A stretch of 22,424 nt of DNA, taken from positions 1 to 22,424 of the forward strand of contig JBDKFG010000077.1 in NCBI GenBank assembly GCA_039798785.1, written 5' to 3'. Below are positions 16,630 through 22,424 of the stretch, piece by piece (positions within the stretch are counted from its first letter, which is position 1; every line of letters begins with the position of its first letter). Made by a program: the position numbers and the translations under genes. The notes below the pieces were generated by a model. The model saw only the letters and a program-made list of their open reading frames with translations. It was not told the DNA's origin and did no database searches. This stretch comes from Verrucomicrobiota bacterium (GTDB lineage: Bacteria; Verrucomicrobiota; Lentisphaeria; Lentisphaerales; Lentisphaeraceae).

Positions 16630-17321
16630 TGGCTGCTCCTCCAGGTCAGGCGCATCGTCTCGGAACTCGCCTCGATGCGGGTGATAGTGACCGGCGCGCC
16701 GGGGCCGACCTGCAGGCGCACCCCGGGCCGCAGGAAAGCCGCCAGCGGCGCCGTCCCGCCCAGGGCGGTGATGTCCGTGAGCAGCTCGGGCGGCAGCTGC
16801 AGCTGAGCCCGCGCCGCCGGCGAGCCGGCCCAGGTGCCGAAATAAACAGAGCCGTCCGGCTGGCTCTGAATGATGCACTCCTCGAGGCCCAGCGCCCGCC
16901 GCAACCCGTGCAGCAGATGCTCGCCGGTACCAGGGTTGACGAAGATCGGCAAATCCCGATCCAGCCAAGCCGCCTCGGCGCTCACCTGCAGGTGGTTGAT
17001 TCTCGCCATCGCCTCGAGGACGGCGCGGGGCGAGGTGCGGCGCAGGCTCACCGGCGCCCGGAACTGCAAAACGGCAGGCAGCTCCTGCACCGTGAAGCGC
17101 TGCTGCTTCCTGTCCATCGCCTGAGAATCCAGCACGACGCCGGTGAACCACAGCTGCAGCTTGTCGCCCCAGCCGAAGCTGAGGCGGACCTCACCCTTGA
17201 GCGGCTTGTCCGCCTGGACGGCGAAAATCGCCCTCCCCGGCTTGTTCAGCTCGAGGAGCGTCATGTCGGCGACGATCGGCACCTCGGCGCCGTCCACCGT
17301 CAGTCGCTTGTTCAGCTTCAT
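16614..17321 (-). CDS. Baseplate hub-like protein (N-terminal half of HP1/K139-type last tail gene)
   Basis: MKLNKRLTVDG..LLELNKPGRA..WFTG..GTGEHLL..QSQPDGSVYFG..LRPG, recalled similarity to HP1-type proteins; ATGA coupling. Confidence 0.7.
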   Translation of the reverse strand: MKLNKRLTVDGAEVPIVADMTLLELNKPGRAIFAVQADKPLKGEVRLSFGWGDKLQLWFTGVVLDSQAMDRKQQRFTVQELPAVLQFRAPVSLRRTSPRAVLEAMARINHLQVSAEAAWLDRDLPIFVNPGTGEHLLHGLRRALGLEECIIQSQPDGSVYFGTWAGSPAARAQLQLPPELLTDITALGGTAPLAAFLRPGVRLQVGPGAPVTITRIEASSETMRLTWRSSQWQMI

Positions 17322-17833
17322 GCGAAGGCGCGCTCCCCGGTGCTCATGAACTGCTGCAGCTTCGAAGATGTCGAGCCTTCCGGCTTGATCTCAATGCCGT
17401 CCGATTTCCTCGCCACGATCTCGTTGGGCTTCTCCCGCTCTTCGCGGCGCTCGGCGACGGAGCGCACCTCCTCCAGCGTGAAGGTGACGTTCCAGGCCTG
17501 CACGCCGTCCGCCTTGGTGACGTTCCAGCCGTCGACGAATTTGACCTCGCGGATGTCGAGCGATTCCGCCAAGTCATCGACGATCTGGTAGATCAGCGCC
17601 GCCCCGTCGGTATCGCGGCCGATGATCACCGTCTTCAGCGTCTTGAGCTTCCGGCGCTGCTCGAGCGGCAGCTGCAGCGAACAGGCGAGGCGCTGCGGCT
17701 TGATGCCGGCTTCGGCCGCGTCGGTGCTGCTGGTGTCGCCGCCCAGGGCTTTGGCGTCGATGCTCCCGGAGGCGGAGACGGTGAGGTTCTTCCCCGGGAC
17801 TTCGAACTCGATCCCGCTGTTATACAGAATCAT
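17318..17833 (-). CDS. Phage tail/baseplate protein (HP1-type)
   Basis: LGGDTSSTDAAEAGIKPQRL..AWNVTFTLEEVRSVAERREER; position directly before the hub gene. Confidence 0.65.
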   Translation of the reverse strand: MILYNSGIEFEVPGKNLTVSASGSIDAKALGGDTSSTDAAEAGIKPQRLACSLQLPLEQRRKLKTLKTVIIGRDTDGAALIYQIVDDLAESLDIREVKFVDGWNVTKADGVQAWNVTFTLEEVRSVAERREEREKPNEIVARKSDGIEIKPEGSTSSKLQQFMSTGERAFA

Positions 17834-18125
17834 CCTCGGCCCCCTTCTTGACCTTGCGCAGGAACGCCTGCTCGATGATGTAAAGGACGGCCTTCGAGCT
17901 GTAGCCGGCGAGCGCGGCCGCTGCGGCCGAGACCTGCTGCGACAGGCCGAAGGGCGCCAGCAGCAGGCTGACCAGCACGCCGGCGAAGACCGCGATGATG
18001 ATCTCGCAGACCACCATCTTCCGGCTCAGCCGCCTCGGCGCCGAGAGGCAGCGCACCAGGCCGCCGAAGGCGGCAAGGGCGGCAATGGGCAGGTATTTGG
18101 CGGCGGAGTTGAGCATGTCGGACAT
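17820..18125 (-). CDS. Phage holin-family membrane protein
   Basis: 101 aa, about three hydrophobic helices (AAFGGLVRCL; IIIAVFAGVLVSLLL; AAAAALAGYS), charged C-terminus. Confidence 0.72.
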   Translation of the reverse strand: MSDMLNSAAKYLPIAALAAFGGLVRCLSAPRRLSRKMVVCEIIIAVFAGVLVSLLLAPFGLSQQVSAAAAALAGYSSKAVLYIIEQAFLRKVKKGAEDDSV

Positions 18126-18134
18126 GGAAGCGCC

Positions 18135-19178
18135 TCAGTATTTGATGCAGTAGTTCAGGGCGATGTTGCGGGGGCGGGTTTCGCTGCCGCCGGTGGCGCT
18201 GGTGTAGCCCTGCTTCAGTGTTCCGGAGCTGCCAGTTGTGTCAGCGTATCCCTCGGCGAGGCCAGGCATGTCCGTGGAGCTCTCGCCATAGACATGACCT
18301 GAAGTGCCGCTGGCGTAGGGATTGTCTGCGACGCCGTTGAGGTGGCTATGGCTCTTGAAGTCGTCCGTCTGCGCCGAACCCAAGGCCCGGCCGGTGTCGA
18401 TGCTGCGGCCGTTGTCCCAGCCGCGGATGAACTCGCCGCGCAGGTCCGGCAGCTGGAAGGTGGAAACGCCGTCGCCGGGGCCGTAGGTGATGCCGATGGC
18501 GGCGAAGAGCGCCGCATAGGTGCCGGTGCGGCTGACCAAGGCGCCGTTGGCGCTCAGCCAGCCAGCCGGCGGCGTCGCCTGGGCGAAGGGCATCACCGCG
18601 CCGGGCGGTACCAGTGCTTCATGGGTGTGGTTCGTCGGCGACTTGCCAGCCAGCGCATCGGGCAGGCCGTTGACCTGGCTGATTTCGTGGGTGTGGCTGG
18701 TGTTGGCCTTGCCGGCGAGGAGCGAGGTGAAATCCTGCTGCCAGGTGCCGGCCGAGATGGTGACGCCGGTGAGCGTCCCGATGTCGGTGTGCTGGATCGC
18801 GAAGTTTTTGGTCAGCGAGTTCCCCATGGTGGCGCCCGCGGTCGCCCGCTTGGTCTGGCTGGGCACGTAGCTGACCGCCACCAGGGTGTTGTTGGCGCTG
18901 GAGTAGAGGCCCAGCCAGTTGAAGTCCCAGGTGCCGACATCCGGGCCGAGCACCGAGGAGAAGACCACGGTGTCGCTCCCGGCGACGCCGGCGGCGCTGA
19001 TCGAGGCCTGCAGCTTGATGTTGCCGCCCGCCGGCATCGCCTCGGTGAGCGGCGGCGTGGCACTGGTGTCGAGCCCGGCGATGTAGGCGTAGACCATCTT
19101 GTCGATGGCGAAGCTTTGGCCGGCCGCGGCCTTGGCGGCCATCAGGGCGAGGCCGGCGGAGGTGATTCTGGCGCTCAT
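18135..19178 (-). CDS. Tail fibre protein (DUF3751-like N-terminus plus tail-collar domain)
   Basis: ITSAG..VVFSSVLGPDVGTWDFNWLGL; VPPGAVMPFA..PAGWL..FQLPDLRGEFIRGWDNGR..ETRPRNIALNYCIKY. Confidence 0.92.
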   Translation of the reverse strand: MSARITSAGLALMAAKAAAGQSFAIDKMVYAYIAGLDTSATPPLTEAMPAGGNIKLQASISAAGVAGSDTVVFSSVLGPDVGTWDFNWLGLYSSANNTLVAVSYVPSQTKRATAGATMGNSLTKNFAIQHTDIGTLTGVTISAGTWQQDFTSLLAGKANTSHTHEISQVNGLPDALAGKSPTNHTHEALVPPGAVMPFAQATPPAGWLSANGALVSRTGTYAALFAAIGITYGPGDGVSTFQLPDLRGEFIRGWDNGRSIDTGRALGSAQTDDFKSHSHLNGVADNPYASGTSGHVYGESSTDMPGLAEGYADTTGSSGTLKQGYTSATGGSETRPRNIALNYCIKY

Positions 19179-20158
19179 GCGGGTTTCGATTCCTTGAACT
19201 GGATTTGCAGGGTGGGCGGGAGCAGCTCGTTGATCTCCAACCAGGGGTTCTTCATCGCCTCGAGCTCGGTGCGGCGGTAGACGCCCTCGACCTTCTCGAC
19301 GTCGCCGAAGCTTGTGGCGGCGCTGGGCTTGATCGCGACCAGGGCCGGCGGCACCCGGTGCGCGGTGATCACGTCGTCGGCCGAGATGTTCTTGATCTTC
19401 TCGAACTCGTCCTTCTGGCCGATGTCGCCGATCGGGATCAGTTGCAGGCTCTTCTCCTTGCCATTGGGGATGTGCAGGTACATCGAGCGGAAGTTCCCGG
19501 CACCCTTGCCCCGGCTCAGATTGTCCTTGATCGCCTGCTCCGTTTCCGGGCCGATCTGGGCGTCAGTCGTGTAGAGGATGTAGCCGAGGTGAGCGCCGTT
19601 CTTGAAGTATTTGCGGCGGAACAGCGTGGCGTCCTCGTTGAGCAGGACGGATTGCAGGCCGCCGAGCCAGTCAGGGATGCCGTAGATTCCCTGCTGGGTG
19701 TCGTACTCCTTGAGGTGGATCACCTCCCCCGGCTTGAACTCGATGTGCTGGAAGTTCTGGGTCAGCAGGAAGAAGCGCTCGGCCCGGCCGCGGCGCATGT
19801 TGATCGCCGGCAGGTGCCGCAGCGCCACCACCAGGCCGAAGGCGTTTTTCACCACCTGCAGGAAGGCGTTGCCGAAGGTCAAGTAGTCGGTCTGTGCCGC
19901 CCGGAACTCGGCGCGGCTGATCCCCGTGCTGGGCATGAACTCGTTGACCAGCATGTTGCGCCGGAAAATGATGCAGGTGCCGTGGTGGGCATTGGCCCGC
20001 GTCATCTGGCTGAGGCCGTTGAATGCCACCGGCGGCTCGAACCAGAGCCCGGCGTCGTTGAGGAAGGTGCCCAGGTAGTCGCTGATCCGGTTGACCACCG
20101 GCTCAGGATCGCCGAAGGAGAAGCAGATGGGCTGGGATTCTGTAGCCGTGGCGTTCAC
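19175..20158 (-). CDS. Phage portal protein, PBSX/P2 gpQ family, 327 aa
   Basis: GTG start at 20158 (AAGGAGG SD, GTGA overlap); FSFGDPEPV, DYLTFGNA, QGIYGIPDW, LNEDATLFRRKYFKNGAH, KGAGNFRS, KDEF..IKN, AHRVPP. Confidence 0.95.
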   Translation of the reverse strand: MNATATESQPICFSFGDPEPVVNRISDYLGTFLNDAGLWFEPPVAFNGLSQMTRANAHHGTCIIFRRNMLVNEFMPSTGISRAEFRAAQTDYLTFGNAFLQVVKNAFGLVVALRHLPAINMRRGRAERFFLLTQNFQHIEFKPGEVIHLKEYDTQQGIYGIPDWLGGLQSVLLNEDATLFRRKYFKNGAHLGYILYTTDAQIGPETEQAIKDNLSRGKGAGNFRSMYLHIPNGKEKSLQLIPIGDIGQKDEFEKIKNISADDVITAHRVPPALVAIKPSAATSFGDVEKVEGVYRRTELEAMKNPWLEINELLPPTLQIQFKESKPA

Positions 20159-20712
20159 GCTGCCTCCTTGTCGGCCTGCACCAGTTTGGGGTGCGGCACG
20201 ATCTCGTCGCCTTCGAGGATCCAGCGGCTGCCTTCGGTGACGCCCGGAGCTTTTCGCCAGGCCGTCCCGCCGAAGAGGTCCACGGCCCGGAACATGGCTC
20301 CTGCGCGGATGGCGCTGACGCCGCTGGCGACGAGTAGGTCGCGCAGCGCCGCGTCGGCCTTGGCCTTGGTCCACTGGTGCGACCAGTAGAGCCAGTCATG
20401 CAGAAGCGCCGCCAGCATGAAATCGGGCTCGTTGGGGGCGCCGATGATGCTCCAGAAGGCCCGGGGCACGCTGGCACCGTCGAAGAGGAAGCCGCGAGGG
20501 ATGACCACCTCTTCCCCGTTGATGATGAAGCGGAAGTCGGTGAGCAGCACGTCGCCCTTGCCGGATGGGTAGGAGATCGTCGGTGCAGCGCTGCCGCTGA
20601 GCTTGCCGGCGGCGAGAACTGCGGTCGGCGTCTGATCCCAGCTGACGATGGGGACCATCGGCGCCGCGGTGCCGAAGGCGATGAAGCAGAGGGCGGTGGC
20701 AAGGGATTTCAT
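20155..20712 (-). CDS. DUF1353-family protein
   Basis: IPRGFLFDGASVPRAFW..AALLHDWLY..AD..AVDLFG; N-terminal hydrophobic leader. Confidence 0.85.
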   Translation of the reverse strand: MKSLATALCFIAFGTAAPMVPIVSWDQTPTAVLAAGKLSGSAAPTISYPSGKGDVLLTDFRFIINGEEVVIPRGFLFDGASVPRAFWSIIGAPNEPDFMLAALLHDWLYWSHQWTKAKADAALRDLLVASGVSAIRAGAMFRAVDLFGGTAWRKAPGVTEGSRWILEGDEIVPHPKLVQADKEAA

Positions 20713-20714
20713 GC

Positions 20715-20978
20715 TCAGTCCCTCCCCGGTTCGGCTTTCGCCAGCTGCGCCGCGATGACGCCCTCGGCGCCGGCCACCATCTGGCCGGAGGTCGATTGCG
20801 GGTCGGCGCTGCTGATGGTGTACTCGCCGGTGCCGATCCGGATGAATTCATCCCCCGGCTTGATCGCCTCGAGATAGGCGACGCGCACCAGCTTGGATTC
20901 ATGGTCGATGCTGGTCAGCGCCGGGCGGCGCCAGATGGCTTGTCCGCCGATGGTCGCGGCGCTTTGTGTCCAGGTCAT
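20715..20978 (-). CDS. Phage hypothetical protein (87 aa)
   Basis: AAGGAAG SD; fills the gap between the fibre gene and DUF1353. Confidence 0.65.
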   Translation of the reverse strand: MTWTQSAATIGGQAIWRRPALTSIDHESKLVRVAYLEAIKPGDEFIRIGTGEYTISSADPQSTSGQMVAGAEGVIAAQLAKAEPGRD

Positions 20979-20993
20979 GGTGCTTCCTTTGTG

Positions 20994-22424
20994 TTAGCCG
21001 ACGCGGTACCAGGCGTTGCCTGCCGAGACGTATTTGTATTTGGCCCAGGAATGGGCTGCCAAGGTGGTGATGGGGGAGTTCACGGTCTTGCCGTTGCCGT
21101 TCAGCGTCAAAGTGGTCACCCCGAAGGCGCCAGAGCTGATCGTGACTTCTTGGCCATCGTTGGGGGATGCCGGGAAGGTGACGGTGGCGGTTGCCAGGGT
21201 GGAAGCAGCATCGAACAGGACATGCGGTGGGGAGTTGGCTCCCAAAGATGTGGTACCCGTGGCCGTGACCCGTGTCGTTCCCGTGTTGAAGCTCCCCGTG
21301 GCATTGAGGCCTCCGCCAAATGTCGCGGCCTGCAGGAACTGAGCGCCAGTCGAACTGAAATAGCCGACCTGCACCCCGCCTTGAGTGAAGGAGATGGTTC
21401 CCGAGCCGGTATTGGCAATGGTCAGGGTGCCGTTGGCGCCGCTCGCCGCTGTGATCGAGGCCCGTGCCGTGGTGCCGCCGTTGGCGTAGAACGAGATCGC
21501 CTGCGAAGCTGCTCCCCACCATTTCCCCAAGGAGAGCGAGTTCGCTTCCGCCGTCACTGGCTGACTGAAGGTCACCCCCGTCGTCCCGACGGTGATGTCG
21601 GTGGCGTTGGTCACGAAGACTTCCTGGCCGCGCTGGCTGCTCCAGTTGCTGCCTTTGCCGGAGGCCCGGAACGAAATGCCGGTCTTCTGCACCGAGCCGT
21701 TCGCCCACCAGGCCGGACGCGTCCAGGCGCCGGAGGAAGTGATCCAGGGGCCGTTCTGCGAAGTCGTCGTCTGCGCCGTGCAGTTGACGATCTCACCGCT
21801 GGTCGTGGTGTAGCCGTCGACCGTCTGGGCGCCGCTGAGCGTGGCGATGTTCGATTGGGCGTGAAGATCCACCAGGTAGGATTCCACCGGGGAACTGTAC
21901 GCCGCGGTCAGTCGCCCCTTGGCATCGACTGTGAAGCCGCCTCCGAAGTAGCTGCCCGCCGTCACTGTCGTATTGGGAAGATCACCCCACTGGGTGTTGA
22001 AATCGGTGCCGTCAATCTTCGTGAGGAATTGCCCGGCCGTGCCGCCTGTGGGAACCCCTTGGCCATTGGCGCCATTCGTCCCGTTGGTGCCGGCCGTGCC
22101 TTGAGGCCCCTGGAGCGAGACGCCTGCAGGCCAGGCGCCGGCCGCCTTGGGGCCGTACATGATCTTGGCGGTGGGGTCATAGGCAAAGTCGCCGTTCGTC
22201 CCCGTGCCGGCGGAAGGGGCGCCGGAGGTGGTCAGCACCGTCTTCCCGTCGGCGCCGTTGGTGCCGTTGGTGCCGGCCGTGCCCTGCGGCCCCTGGAGCG
22301 AGACGCCTGCAGGCCAGGCGCCGGCCGCCTTGGGGCCGTACATGATCTTGGCGGTGGGGTCGTAGGCGAAGTCGCCATTCGTGCCAGTGCCGGCGGAAGG
22401 GGCGCCGGAGGTGGTGAGCACCGT
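20994..22424 (-). CDS. Gly/Thr-rich fibre protein with collagen-like repeats, 3' part (start outside window)
   Basis: GPQGTAGTNGTNG triplets; GVPTGGTAGQFLTK; TVDAKGRLTAA; LSGAQTVDG..Q..SQNG..GAWTR phage fibre motifs. Confidence 0.85.
   Translation of the reverse strand, partial: TVLTTSGAPSAGTGTNGDFAYDPTAKIMYGPKAAGAWPAGVSLQGPQGTAGTNGTNGADGKTVLTTSGAPSAGTGTNGDFAYDPTAKIMYGPKAAGAWPAGVSLQGPQGTAGTNGTNGANGQGVPTGGTAGQFLTKIDGTDFNTQWGDLPNTTVTAGSYFGGGFTVDAKGRLTAAYSSPVESYLVDLHAQSNIATLSGAQTVDGYTTTSGEIVNCTAQTTTSQNGPWITSSGAWTRPAWWANGSVQKTGISFRASGKGSNWSSQRGQEVFVTNATDITVGTTGVTFSQPVTAEANSLSLGKWWGAASQAISFYANGGTTARASITAASGANGTLTIANTGSGTISFTQGGVQVGYFSSTGAQFLQAATFGGGLNATGSFNTGTTRVTATGTTSLGANSPPHVLFDAASTLATATVTFPASPNDGQEVTISSGAFGVTTLTLNGNGKTVNSPITTLAAHSWAKYKYVSAGNAWYRVG
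22068..22424. repeat. Intragenic tandem repeat, 183-bp (61-aa) period
   Basis: 22068-22241 vs 22251-22424: 174 bp aligned, 11 differences by my count, all at synonymous third codon positions. Confidence 0.95.

Larger units (their letters stand above)
14103..22424 (-). mobile_element. HP1/P2-like (contractile-tail) prophage, one end; continues beyond window
   Basis: att fragment, PBSX/P2-type portal, DUF3751-like tail fibre, holin, baseplate hub and spike genes; tightly coupled minus-strand operon. Confidence 0.9.

Noticed and set aside
20159..20374. N-terminal extension of the portal ORF (likewise 16630-17151 for the spike, 3651-3752 for TlpA, 7847-7927 for CAP)
   Set aside because: Extensions overlap other genes or promoters and are low-complexity; downstream starts have SD sequences, signal peptides or family-typical N-termini.
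15910..20877. Long plus-strand ORFs across the prophage (and antisense ORFs over pckA, TlpAs, kinase, RTX)
   Set aside because: Shadow frames of high-GC genes with no motifs.
22068..22424. Diversity-generating retroelement TR/VR pair
   Set aside because: Differences are synonymous and not adenine-specific, both copies are in-frame within one gene, and no reverse transcriptase is present.

Overview
The window has two parts. Bases 1-~14100 are chromosomal DNA from a probable PVC-superphylum host (Lentisphaerae-like, inferred from gene families). They carry the 5' end of glmS, a low-GC prepilin/DUF1559-type gene and membrane-protein gene, pckA, a cluster of TlpA redoxin - ECF sigma -><- membrane Ser/Thr kinase - MORN/CAP protein - second TlpA, and a 1078-aa RTX protein built from four tandem modules. 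Bases ~14103-22424 are one end of an HP1/P2-like prophage. It begins at a displaced 3' fragment of tmRNA with its terminator (att site), followed by an iteron-like YCTAAA array with IHF sites, a candidate cos flanked by 20-bp quasi-palindromes, a self-promoted two-gene moron, and a minus-strand structural operon in which the portal gene lies among tail genes. The most striking observation is a WNK-like catalytic-lysine relocation in the kinase (GGMK...VARAE). All homology calls come from motif recognition, not database searches.
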